Shown here: positions 9,008-18,843 of the stretch, one piece after another
How the letters are laid out: each line of letters starts with the position of its first letter
Position numbering within the stretch: position 1 is the first letter of the stretch
Assembly: GCA_958295885.1 (NCBI GenBank)
Contig: OY282380.1
Span: forward strand, 4,137,109-4,201,108
Length of the DNA stretch: 64,000 bases
Direction: 5' to 3'
Origin: Arenicellales bacterium
GTDB taxonomy: Bacteria > Pseudomonadota > Gammaproteobacteria > Arenicellales > JAJDZL01
The notes under the pieces: model-generated
The model's input: the letters and a program-made list of their open reading frames with translations, nothing else
Told to the model about the DNA's origin: nothing
The model's database searches: none
Translations under genes and position numbers: made by a program

Positions 9008-9235
9008 TTAACCTAGAAATTTAAAATTAAACAGCATGGAGAAAATCAGACAGACGACAAAACCGATCAGATATGCGCGGTTTTTCTGCCCTCGAATCTC
9101 AGCATCGCTCAGTGTTTTCTGCAGCTTTTTCTGCAGTCGTCGAACACTGAAAACCCAAATGAGTCGACTTACCGGAATTAGCAGTGCGAGAGTCATGGCC
9201 GCCACCCATAACCAATAAGTGGTCAAGCTTGACAT
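9008..9235 (-). CDS. Small two-TM membrane protein, unknown function
   Basis: 75 aa product with two hydrophobic segments separated by the basic stretch RRLQKKLQKTL. It sits between the terminator and the TPR gene. Confidence 0.45.
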   Translation of the reverse strand: MSSLTTYWLWVAAMTLALLIPVSRLIWVFSVRRLQKKLQKTLSDAEIRGQKNRAYLIGFVVCLIFSMLFNFKFLG

Positions 9236-9283
9236 GGTCTGCTGAATTTAATTCAGGGCGTTGTGCAGAAGAAGTGAGCAGCA

Positions 9284-9316
9284 TAAAAAAGGGAGGGGAA
9301 TATTCCCCTCCCTTTT
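9284..9316. terminator. Bidirectional Rho-independent terminator
   Basis: A perfect palindrome AAAAAAGGGAGGGGAATATTCCCCTCCCTTTTT lies directly downstream of the SSS transporter stop codon (9331). Confidence 0.85.
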
Positions 9317-9330
9317 TCAAATTGAGATTA

Positions 9331-11316
9331 TTAGGGTGTTGTAACTTTTCCTGTATCTCCGATGTCTTCGTGCAGAACTTCAATTTCAGTTGCTGGCATT
9401 GTGGACATTTCCATTTTATATGCAAGAAACCACATCATAAAGACGCCAAGGGCCCACCAGAGAATCTGCCATGCCCAGATTGAGGGCATGCCAAACGTCC
9501 AAGCTTCAATTCCGCCATTGGGGTCACCAAAAATGGTGTTGCCAATTACGGCACCGGGACCGATCGCAAAGAAAAACCAAATCAGTGTGATTATCCAAGC
9601 GACTGGAACCATTCCACGTTTTGACTCCGGAAGCGTTGCATGCTGAGCTAAGAAGTTGTGGTACTTCATTTTATGCTCTGTGTCTGCCGCGTTCTGAGTG
9701 AAACTGGAAACGGCGACCGCTATACCTAGGTTGAAGATGATTCCCCAGCCAGCAGAATGAATGGTCCAAGGCCATCTTCCCCAAGCGGTAATTCCCAAAC
9801 TTTGACCGACGGTTTCCGTACACACTACAACGATGAGTCCGGCGGCCAGTCCAAGCGTAACTCCTGCTCTTGTCAGCCACGGAATGTAACAGACAGCAAG
9901 CAGCGCCGGCCACATCTGGAACCCAAACGCAACAGCCAGTCCTCCCAACAAGACGAGAGCGTCACTGGAAGTAGTGGCAACGACAAGTGCAGCCAAAACA
10001 ATGACTCCAACACCGATTCGTCCGAACAGCTTCTGCTGAGCGTGGTTGATGTTCGGCATGATGAAGTGCTTGAGCAGGTCACGAGTCAACATTGCACCTG
10101 CAGTGGACATATAAGCGGCTCCGGTTGACTGCATTGCAGCAAGTGCGCATACAGACAACAGTCCGACAAGCCAAGGTGCTGCATCCTGCATCACATGAAT
10201 ATACTGTGGAATAAGCATTCCCTGCTTGCCCACGGAATCCATCAGATCCTTGCCAAGCAAACCCTCTCCAAGAGCATTGTTCACGCTTTCGGGATGAGCT
10301 GCGAGGTACGCAAGGTCTGCTCCCAGCAAGTGCCCTCCCATGCCCTGCATGGCGGTGAAGAAGAACAATATGAAACCAATTCCCAGTGATGATGCCCAAA
10401 CCTGCTGAGGAGCAAAAGGTTTTGGATCATTATTGGAGAATGCCCACATTGAAAATGCCGGTGATGACTGGATTCCCATTAATGCGAACATATAGGTCAA
10501 AATCATGATTCCAGTCCACGCGCCACCGACCGCGGACGGTCCTGAGGAAACGAACTGAATAATTCCCGGAATAGCAATGTAATGACTATAGTCCTGTTCG
10601 GTTCGCTTGGAATCCAACGCAGCTAGATTCGCAATTCCTTCGTTTAGAGCGGTCCAGCCGCCAACTAGGTTCAAAGCGATGATTCCGATGACTACGATAC
10701 CGAGCGCAAGCAGAATACATTGCAGCGTATCCACATAGGCCACCGCTCTTAGACCACCTGATGCGACGTAAATGAACACGATCGCAGAAAGCAGCCACAT
10801 TCCGACGCTGACACCAAGCCAGCCGTCAGTCAGAACGTTGAATAAAAATCCGGAAGCTCGGAGTTGGAGTCCGAGATACGGCACTGAAAAACACAGTGCC
10901 ACCAGAACAACCAGGATCCGTATCACATCCGATTTGAAATAGTGTGAAAGCATTTCACCTGGTGTAACAAAACCGAAGCGTTTTCCAAGAATCCACTGCC
11001 GTTTTAGGAAAATGACACCCGTAAACGGTATTGTAATTGCGTAAAAAGACGCATAGGCATACTGAAACCCGTCTCTGTATAGCAAGCCAGGATGTCCCAT
11101 AAACGTCCATCCCGAGAACGATGTCGCAGTTGCAGCTAGTACGAATACCCAAAGTGACAATCTGCGGCCCGCAATGAAATAGTCACTCGCAGTGTGCGCG
11201 GTTCTAGCACCTCGTATACCCCAGTAAATGCAATAGATCCAATACAAGACGACAAATATAAATAACCAAACTATTTTTGCATCCAAAATTAGTACCTCTC
11301 TACTGTCAAAAATCAC
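9331..11316 (-). CDS. Sodium:solute symporter (SSS) family transporter
   Basis: 661 aa polytopic membrane protein. The N-terminal DYFIAGRRLSLWVFVLAATATSFSGWTFMG is typical of the SSF family. The annotated start is GTG; a TTG nine codons downstream with a GAGAGG site is an alternative. Confidence 0.85.
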   Translation of the reverse strand: MIFDSREVLILDAKIVWLFIFVVLYWIYCIYWGIRGARTAHTASDYFIAGRRLSLWVFVLAATATSFSGWTFMGHPGLLYRDGFQYAYASFYAITIPFTGVIFLKRQWILGKRFGFVTPGEMLSHYFKSDVIRILVVLVALCFSVPYLGLQLRASGFLFNVLTDGWLGVSVGMWLLSAIVFIYVASGGLRAVAYVDTLQCILLALGIVVIGIIALNLVGGWTALNEGIANLAALDSKRTEQDYSHYIAIPGIIQFVSSGPSAVGGAWTGIMILTYMFALMGIQSSPAFSMWAFSNNDPKPFAPQQVWASSLGIGFILFFFTAMQGMGGHLLGADLAYLAAHPESVNNALGEGLLGKDLMDSVGKQGMLIPQYIHVMQDAAPWLVGLLSVCALAAMQSTGAAYMSTAGAMLTRDLLKHFIMPNINHAQQKLFGRIGVGVIVLAALVVATTSSDALVLLGGLAVAFGFQMWPALLAVCYIPWLTRAGVTLGLAAGLIVVVCTETVGQSLGITAWGRWPWTIHSAGWGIIFNLGIAVAVSSFTQNAADTEHKMKYHNFLAQHATLPESKRGMVPVAWIITLIWFFFAIGPGAVIGNTIFGDPNGGIEAWTFGMPSIWAWQILWWALGVFMMWFLAYKMEMSTMPATEIEVLHEDIGDTGKVTTP

Positions 11317-12245
11317 AAGAACTTGTGATTTTGTTTTTATCTAAATTAGTTCTCCGGGATGAACTAACATCTCGAAGAGCAAATTAATTTTTTTATAAAA
11401 TCAATTATAGAGTCAAATAACCTTGTGTGTGGCATGAAAATTCAACCCCAAATTCTGCAGAAAACTGCTGTGAGAGAAAAACTGGCCCATTCAACCTGAT
11501 ATTGGGAAAAATCAGCGCTTCCCCCAACGGGCGAACCAACGCATTTAAAAGGGCCTGTGACATTCGCACCATGCAAAATCTGAGAATTTTCCAATTTTCT
11601 CAGCCCCGCGCCAGTTTGGCGCGCATCGCCGAACTACAGCAGGAGCAGGGTTTATCAGCAAAGGCAGAATCGCAGTTTCCAAGACCGCTTCCACCGCACC
11701 TGTTCGCACAGCACCAATGAAGATGCCTGGATTACAATGCTACGGAAACGTACGAACTGTTTAGAATGAATATCTGACACTTATGCAGACAAAGTGGACT
11801 TCGCATGTATTTGTCAGGTCTGCAGTCAGTTAAATGAATGCTCGGATTGGAGTTCTGCAGGCACGCCGCAACCGTGCGGTGCATTGGTGACGTGGCGATG
11901 ATGAAAATCCTTGATCAACGGGATAAATTGGGCAAATGAACGAAACGACGGCTGCCCGATGGACTGAAGCGCAGGATGCTGACTTTTTCAGTTCATACCG
12001 CCAGCGTGGTGCCTTTCCGGCAATCATCTGCAGTTCCATAAGCGAGACAGCTGCAGCCATTTTCATCAATTCAGGAATGATTGAATCAGAATTATGTTCG
12101 TTCAGGCATACATCAAGCTGCCTGCATTGCAAGTCAAGAATCGCCGCTATCGGCCTCACAGCAGTACTCCTGAATTGGAGTACCAAACAAGTAAAGAATA
12201 AAATTCTTTACTGAGTTCTTTTCATAAAGGTCTGTTCGTCATCGA

Positions 12246-12701
12246 TTACTGGGCGTTTTTTTGAATCTCCTGAATCTCTTTATGCCAAGTGCTCTTTATG
12301 AAGGCGATGACAGCCCAGATTTCTTCGTCACTCAGCACATCCGCATACGCAATCATATCAGTTGGGTAGTCTGGTCCAGCAATTGATTGGATGCCGTCTT
12401 TGGTTAATTTAAACAGAACCGCATCGGAGTGATGCCAAGTGTGTCCTGTCTCATCGTGTGGTGGGGCAGGAAGCTTTCCCTCACTATTTCGAATCCACCA
12501 ACTCTCCTGCCCTTCGAGATTTCCACCATGACAGCTGGCGCAGTGCTGGTCATAAACCTTCTTGCCAAGTTCTGTCGAAGTGGCATTGTTCGGGTCAGCC
12601 AGTTCGTTTTGATCTGACCGCACTGCAGAATAATTGCCAATCATCACATTTCCAAAATATCCGAATGAGACGATGAAACAAAAAATTAGAAATTTAATCA
12701 T
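12246..12701 (-). CDS. Membrane-anchored mono-haem c-type cytochrome
   Basis: It has an N-terminal hydrophobic anchor and a single CASCHG haem-binding motif. Length is 151 aa. Confidence 0.75.
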   Translation of the reverse strand: MIKFLIFCFIVSFGYFGNVMIGNYSAVRSDQNELADPNNATSTELGKKVYDQHCASCHGGNLEGQESWWIRNSEGKLPAPPHDETGHTWHHSDAVLFKLTKDGIQSIAGPDYPTDMIAYADVLSDEEIWAVIAFIKSTWHKEIQEIQKNAQ

Positions 12702-13188
12702 AATGAAACTTTCAAACCTTGGTGTCAGTTATAAATTTTCGCTAGGTCAAATGACAGGTTCAGTCGAGAACTGCAGTCACTCAACTGTAAGTTCTGAACA
12801 AAAACCGGTTGACAGTTGCTTGTGTTTCGCATGGGACACTGACCTGTACGAAATGCTTTGGATTTTCAAGTCTTGAATTGACACGACATACCGTATTATT
12901 TTAGCACTTGGCAGTTATGGCATACTTGCAGGCAGGGGCATCCCACGCTAATCAAGTCAGTGCGAAATATCCGAATTTGTTTGATAATGAGCAAAACAGC
13001 CAAGTGGTGTGAGTGTCATTTTAGATGCCGCCTGCCGGATTTTATGGACCAAAAAATAGCATGGGAAACACCTGACTTGCAGGCGATTCTTTCAATTTTT
13101 CGCTTTTAGCTGGTTTTAAAGACGCGTCCATCTATCCCCGTTCCTGCAGAGAGGGGATTGGAAGCCATCCGGGAGCGACGCCCTTGCG

Positions 13189-14271
13189 TCAGGCCACGCG
13201 CAAACGTGCTTTTTTCTGCCGCCGAATCCGGTCGCGTTTCGCACGCTGCAGCAACAGACCAACGCGATGCACATTGGCTGCCAGCACCGACAGCGAAACC
13301 ATGCGTGCAAAACCGTCCGCACCATGACTGCGAACCCGGTCCAATCCTTGATGCTCCAGATTGTTCACCGCTGATTCTACCGCCGGATGCTACTTGCGCG
13401 CCGCCACAAATTCAGCCGCCTGTTCCCGCGCCCGATTCTCTTTGCTCTAATAGCCTTTGCCCGGCAGTGCATTGAGCTCCAGCATCTGACCCAATCGTCG
13501 ACGGTTGTCCGGACTATGAAAACCCTTGTCAAAACTTACCATCCGCACATCCGAAAACCGCGCCTGTGTCTCCTTGACCATCGGCACCGCCACATCCACA
13601 TCCGAACCTTACCACAGAATCTCATGATGCAGGATGAACTGATGCTGATCCTCTAAGATGCACACCGGCATGCCCAACTCGACCGCCACGCCGGCTTTAC
13701 TTTTTTTATCCAGCGGCCGTGCGGCTCGAAAATCGAAAATCGAAAACACTTTTTCCTCGTGCGGAATCTTTTCATCATCCAGCAGCAGCCTCACCTGATA
13801 CAATTGACGCAATGCATGTGCCTGATAATTCTCAATCATCTGCAGCAAAAGCGGAACTAGGCCGACGCTGCTTTTGAGCTTAGCTGCCGTCGGTTGGGAA
13901 CGCTCCAGCATCAACTGGCAATGCGCAAGATAACGCCTCACCTAGCGCTTTTTCCGCCACCCACGCGAAGCGCGTACCCGATTGAACGACTTGCTTAACT
14001 CTTTCAGTATTTTATTGTGCTGACGCCAGCCCTTCAGTCCGCATTGTTTCGCTGCCTGCGCCGTCTCGCGCACCATGCAACGCGTCGCATCGCGCAACAG
14101 TCCTACGTCCGTGGGATCCTTCACGTTGGTCTCAACGACAAAACTGTCTATTCCGCCCGCACAAGGGCCTGCCAGACTGATGTTCCACCAATTCCTGACC
14201 GCCTGCGCTGGGCCGGCAGGCGTCACCGAGCTGCCGCAGAGTTTAGGGGTCCCAGCAGGCAAGACTTGATT
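13189..14271 (-). pseudogene. 5'-truncated ISNCY/IS5-like DDE transposase gene with four in-frame stop codons
   Basis: One continuous frame reads ...GGIDSFVVETNVKDPTDVGLLRDATRCMV...GWRQHNKILKELSKSFNRVRASR...MVSFDKGFHSPDNRRRL...LPGKGY*SKENRAREQAAEFVAARK*HPAVESAVNNLEHQGLDRVRSHGADGFARMV. In-frame stops lie at 13942, 13609, 13447 and 13390. There are no frameshifts. The N-terminal part is missing. Confidence 0.7.
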
Positions 14272-14596
14272 TCAGCCTGGATCGCCCAGCTTAGGTGAAT
14301 GTGACTTCTCGTCCCAAAACTTTGCTACTATCATAACGTGAGTTCGGCTCCCGGTCGAGAGCAGCCTTACTTAAATTTGCGTCGCAATTCCTCAATATTC
14401 CGAAGGTTCAGAAAAAATCCAATACTAGCCGCTCTCAGAACAGTCAAGTTATGTCCTGAATCCATCCTGTCATGTCCAATCTTCGCAGAAATATGAATTT
14501 TTTCGAAATTTCCTTCTATCCTAGATGTTGGATGTATAAAATGTTTTCGTTTCAAACTCCAATTTTTTGTCGTCTGTTCCGAAAAGGTGATCCGTA

Positions 14597-15067
14597 ATGT
14601 CCAATGGCGAGGTGCTGAAAATTTTTACGACTCCTGATCCTGGTGGGGAAATGATCTCTGTCAGCTCAGTGATCGCGGTCGCAAACAAGGGCTTGATAGG
14701 TGATCGTTATTATTCTCTCACCGGGACCTATTCCAAACCGTCGATCGACCCGGACCAGGAAATTTCTCTGATAGAGGCCGAGGCATTCGAGGAGCTTTTT
14801 AAAAAACATGGCATAGAACTTCAGCATTCCCAATCCAGAAGAAATATTTTGACGCGTAACGTAGACTTAAACAGCCTGGTTGGAAAATCATTCCAGGTCG
14901 GTGAGGTGACACTGACCGGAATGAGACTCTGTGAACCTTGTGTTTATTTAAGCGGGCTGACAGGTCACCCAAGACTTGTGAAACAGTGGATGCATCGTGC
15001 TGGACTCCGTGCGCACATTGCCAAAGGTGGCACAATCAACGTCAGGGATGAAATTTTCGTTCCTTAA
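14597..15067 (+). CDS. MOSC domain-containing protein
   Basis: 156 aa product containing GDRYY...RNILTRNVDLNSLVGKSFQVGEVTLTGMRLCEPC, the conserved Cys of MOSC sulfur-carrier domains. Confidence 0.7.
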   Translation: MSNGEVLKIFTTPDPGGEMISVSSVIAVANKGLIGDRYYSLTGTYSKPSIDPDQEISLIEAEAFEELFKKHGIELQHSQSRRNILTRNVDLNSLVGKSFQVGEVTLTGMRLCEPCVYLSGLTGHPRLVKQWMHRAGLRAHIAKGGTINVRDEIFVP

Positions 15068-15110
15068 AATGAGAATCGATTAGGGAGTGACTGGATCAGA
15101 CCTTCCATTT

Positions 15111-16412
15111 CTACCAGTCTGAGAGCAGCTCTCGGTAAATTACATGCGGACGATTCGGACCGGTCGAAATCATTGCGACCGGAACCCCAGTCAATTCCGA
15201 AATTCTCATCAAATATTTTTTTGCATTTTGAGGAAGTTTTTGATAATCAGTGATTCCGTACGTTGCGTCATGCCAACCGGGCATTTCCTCGTAGACCGGT
15301 TCACACTGCTGCAATCGAATTGCGCTGCTCGTAATATTGTCTACTGACCGACCATCATATTGATAGTTCGTGCAGATCTTTATTGACTCCAATTCATCCA
15401 GTACGTCCAGTTTTGTTACGCACAGCCCATCAAAGTGATTCAGCTGATGAGCCCTCCGAACCAAAACGGAATCAAACCACCCACAGCGACGCGGACGCCC
15501 CGTAGTCGCACCGAATTCCACTCCTCTTGCAGCCAGACGGTTTCCTACACTGTCATGTAATTCAGTAGGAAATGGTCCTGCTCCGACTCGAGTCGTATAA
15601 GCCTTGACAACTGCAAGAGTCTTATTGATTTTTGCCAGCGGCAGTCCTGCCCCCGTCGAGATTCCACCTATGCCAGTGTTCGATGAGGTCACATAGGGAT
15701 AGGTGCCATGATCGATGTCCAACATGACACCCTGCGCACCTTCAAACAGTACTTTACTTCCGTTGTCAACCAAGCTGGATACATCGCGGCTGACGTCAGT
15801 GACGAGCGGCAGCATCCATTGAGAGGCCTCGCATAGAGAATCATGGATCAGATTCGCAGCAATCGCCTCTTCGCCAAACCGCTGACCCAGCAGGAAGTTG
15901 TGATAATCAAGCAGTTCGCTGACTTTTTCGCCTAGCAATTCATGGTCGAACAAGTGATGGACTTTCAGAGCGCGTCGAGCAATTTTGTCTTCGTATGCAG
16001 GCCCAATCCCACGACTGGTTGTTCCGATTGCTCGACTGCCTTTTGCTTTTTCTCGTGCGACATCCAGCGCGGCATGGCTTGGGAGAAGCAGAGTGCAGTC
16101 ATCGCTAATCCGCACTCTTTCCTTTAAATCGCGGACGATCTCGCTAAGTTTCTGAAGTTCGTCATACAGGGCTTCAGGTGAAAGCACAACGCCGTTTCCG
16201 ATAAATGCTGTTACCGCTCTGTGCAATATTCCTGCTGGAATCAGATGTAAAACAATTGACCTATCGTCAGTTACCAGCGTATGACCGGCGTTGTGTCCGC
16301 CTTGAAAGCGAACGACTGCGTTGACGGCAGAACTAAGGCAATCGACAATCTTGCCTTTCCCTTCATCGCCCCACTGACCACCAATCACGGCTAATGTCTG
16401 AGTCATTTGCAC
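15111..16412 (-). CDS. purA: Adenylosuccinate synthase
   Basis: 433 aa product with the motifs GGQWGDEGKGKIVD, GHNAGHT, TTSRGIGPAYEDK and GATTGRPRRCGW. Confidence 0.97.
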   Translation of the reverse strand: MQMTQTLAVIGGQWGDEGKGKIVDCLSSAVNAVVRFQGGHNAGHTLVTDDRSIVLHLIPAGILHRAVTAFIGNGVVLSPEALYDELQKLSEIVRDLKERVRISDDCTLLLPSHAALDVAREKAKGSRAIGTTSRGIGPAYEDKIARRALKVHHLFDHELLGEKVSELLDYHNFLLGQRFGEEAIAANLIHDSLCEASQWMLPLVTDVSRDVSSLVDNGSKVLFEGAQGVMLDIDHGTYPYVTSSNTGIGGISTGAGLPLAKINKTLAVVKAYTTRVGAGPFPTELHDSVGNRLAARGVEFGATTGRPRRCGWFDSVLVRRAHQLNHFDGLCVTKLDVLDELESIKICTNYQYDGRSVDNITSSAIRLQQCEPVYEEMPGWHDATYGITDYQKLPQNAKKYLMRISELTGVPVAMISTGPNRPHVIYRELLSDW

Positions 16413-17596
16413 TCGTCCTCAGCATTGAAAGGGACTACTTTCCACTTGCCTGACTGACTGATTATTTCTCGGTCGCAAATTGCCCGTAGACTGCCACGCG
16501 TCTGGTCGGGCAATTGACGAATTATTCGATTGCCCACATCAATCAGCGCCTGAATCTTTTCACTCGGGACTTTGGCATCAGCACCAATCAATATGCCTTT
16601 CTGTGGACCATCAACAGAATTTGAACGGCGAAACAGGTTCAAATCCCCGCTAAACCCTGTGGCAGGACATGGAGTGCCATAAGCAGAGAGTACCGAGTCA
16701 TAGCGACCTCCTTTTGCAAGAGCTCGGCCGTAACCTGCTCCGTAAGCGGAAAACACAATGCCTGTATGGTAGCGATACCCACCAATCTGTGCATAATCCA
16801 AATGAAATGTGATGGATTCGTTCTCACAACTCAGCTGACTGACCATCTGTTCAAATTCCCGCAGCAGGGAATCCAGGGTTACGCTGATTCCACTCAATTT
16901 TTTTCGCGCCTTATCAACCGTATCAATATCGCCATTCAATGTGATGATATCGGACACCAGATCCCTTTGATCGGAGCTCAGTTCACTGTGAAGCGCCAAC
17001 TCATTCAAGTCTGGTTTTGATTTGCTCTGCAGAATGTTCTGAACTGAATGTTCCAAACTTTCTTCAAAATTCATGATTTTGAACATTTCCTGTACGATGC
17101 CTACATGACCCAAAGAAATTGATAGGGACTGAACTCGAGCAACTGTCAGACATTCGATCATAAGTCGAATGATTTCACGGTCGGATTCAGGTGATGACGA
17201 ACCAAACAATTCAGCTCCGTACTGCAAAAGTTCTCTGCTGTAACCGGGATAAGGCGCCCGTGCCAGTAAAGTTGGCCCGAAGTAACAAAGACGGACAATC
17301 GTGTCATTTACCGGCAGATGGTGAGCCGCCATTCTTGCGATTTGAGGTGTCATATCTGCACGAATGCCAAACAGCCTTCCACTGACATAATCTGGCGTTT
17401 TCACAGTCAAGACATCCAGGCCATTGTCTGTGCCACCTGATAATGACTCGACGAAATCCGCCAAGGGCGGGATGACGAATTCATAACCGTTCTGATGAAG
17501 GCGGTCAAGCAGTCTTCGCCGCAGCTGCTCCAAATTCCAACCCTCATACGGCAGGATTTGCTCTACACCATCGAGCTGGATCCAAGAGTCACTCAT
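16403..17596 (-). CDS. hisZ: ATP phosphoribosyltransferase regulatory subunit
   Basis: 397 aa HisRS-like paralogue (RLFGIRADMTPQIARM..., YHTGIVFSAY) overlapping the purA start. The hflC-hisZ-purA order is typical of gammaproteobacteria. Confidence 0.88.
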   Translation of the reverse strand: MSDSWIQLDGVEQILPYEGWNLEQLRRRLLDRLHQNGYEFVIPPLADFVESLSGGTDNGLDVLTVKTPDYVSGRLFGIRADMTPQIARMAAHHLPVNDTIVRLCYFGPTLLARAPYPGYSRELLQYGAELFGSSSPESDREIIRLMIECLTVARVQSLSISLGHVGIVQEMFKIMNFEESLEHSVQNILQSKSKPDLNELALHSELSSDQRDLVSDIITLNGDIDTVDKARKKLSGISVTLDSLLREFEQMVSQLSCENESITFHLDYAQIGGYRYHTGIVFSAYGAGYGRALAKGGRYDSVLSAYGTPCPATGFSGDLNLFRRSNSVDGPQKGILIGADAKVPSEKIQALIDVGNRIIRQLPDQTRGSLRAICDREIISQSGKWKVVPFNAEDECK

Positions 17597-17689
17597 ATTT
17601 GGGGAATCTAAAAAAACAGAGAAACAGTATAAGTCTGGTTGATTTCGCTGGTTTTAATAGAGGACTTACGGTTCGGATCAAGTATGAAA

Positions 17690-17887
17690 CTAAAGAGCGC
17701 CTGCAATCCAGATAATCAGAAAACCAGCGGTCACGGTGAAAATCCCCATCAGCCTAAGAGATTTCGAAGATCGCTGAAGAAGTGCAGCTAGAATTTTTCG
17801 AGGGAGGTCAGGCAGCGCAAAGCAGACCGCCCCTTCAATTATGCAGACCAGACCGAGCGCTGCTAAAAAAATATTCCAGCTGAACAC
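17690..17887 (-). CDS. DUF2065 (YjeT-like) small membrane protein
   Basis: 65 aa two-TM protein in the conserved position downstream of hflC. Confidence 0.65.
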   Translation of the reverse strand: MFSWNIFLAALGLVCIIEGAVCFALPDLPRKILAALLQRSSKSLRLMGIFTVTAGFLIIWIAGAL

Positions 17888-17910
17888 GCAGGTTCCTCAC
17901 TTCAACAGCG

Positions 17911-18825
17911 CTATCCTCTCTCTTCAGCAGAGGCTACGATTCCATCACTCGAACGTAAATCTGGCTGTTCACCTTTGAAATATTTGAAAAATTCAGAATT
18001 AGGTTCAAGAATGAACAAATCCTGCTTCGATCGGAAAGTGCTTCGATAGGCGTTCAAGCTGCGATACAGTTTATAAAACTCAGCGTCCTTTCCAAATGCG
18101 GTCGCATAGGTCAGAGTCGCTGTCGCATCACCTTCACCGCGTATCTTTTCAGCCTCTCGATAAGCGTTTGCGACCGTTATTTCCCGCTGTCGGTCTGCAT
18201 CCGCTCGAATTTTTTCCGCCGCTTCCGCACCCTGCGCTCGCAGCTCCTTCGCTACTCTTGCACGCTCTGCTTCCATTCGGCTATACACTCGCTCACTGAC
18301 TTCAGGGTCCAGGTCCACGCGTTTCAGTCGTACGTCGACGACTTCAACTCCGAATTCAGACGCTTCGCTGTCAACATCTCTGCGGACCAGTTCCATGATT
18401 TCCGCCCGGTCACCCGAAATCACTTCTTTCACTGCACGCTTACCGAACTCCTGTCGGAGGCTGTCATTGACTCTTTGCGCCAGTCTAGCACGCGCATTTG
18501 AAGCCAAGCCACTGACCGTAACGTAATATTTCGCTACATCTCGGATCCGCCATTTGGCGAATGAATCTACGACCAGATTTTTCTTCTCGCCGGTGAGGTA
18601 AAGTTCCGGGTCTGCGTCCATAGTCTGAATTCTTGCATCATAAAACTGAACACTGTTGATAAACGGTTTTTTGATGTGAAGACCTGGTTCATCGCGCGAT
18701 TCAACGATACGACCAAACTGAAAAATAATGGCTTTTTCTCGTTCATCCACAAAATAAAAGGTTTCAAATGCTAATACGCCTATGATGATGACAACGACGC
18801 CAACTATGATGGTTTTAACTGACAT
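17911..18825 (-). CDS. hflC: Protease modulator HflC (SPFH/band 7)
   Basis: 304 aa product with an N-terminal TM segment and an SPFH domain. It lies immediately downstream of hflK. Confidence 0.92.
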   Translation of the reverse strand: MSVKTIIVGVVVIIIGVLAFETFYFVDEREKAIIFQFGRIVESRDEPGLHIKKPFINSVQFYDARIQTMDADPELYLTGEKKNLVVDSFAKWRIRDVAKYYVTVSGLASNARARLAQRVNDSLRQEFGKRAVKEVISGDRAEIMELVRRDVDSEASEFGVEVVDVRLKRVDLDPEVSERVYSRMEAERARVAKELRAQGAEAAEKIRADADRQREITVANAYREAEKIRGEGDATATLTYATAFGKDAEFYKLYRSLNAYRSTFRSKQDLFILEPNSEFFKYFKGEQPDLRSSDGIVASAEERG

Positions 18826-18843
18826 TAACTATTCCTCTAACTG

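Noticed and set aside
11427-12214. ORFs 11427..11720 (+), 11830..12186 (-) and 11936..12214 (+) in the SSS/cytochrome c intergenic region
   Set aside because: They mutually overlap, none has a recognisable motif or convincing start context, and the composition is atypical. The region is left unannotated; it may be decayed sequence.
13390-13944. In-frame TAG/TAA codons as evidence for stop-codon reassignment or programmed read-through
   Set aside because: Well-conserved genes in the window terminate normally at TAG (for example tsaE), TAA and TGA at the expected positions. The affected gene is also 5'-truncated, so ordinary pseudogenisation is the simpler explanation.
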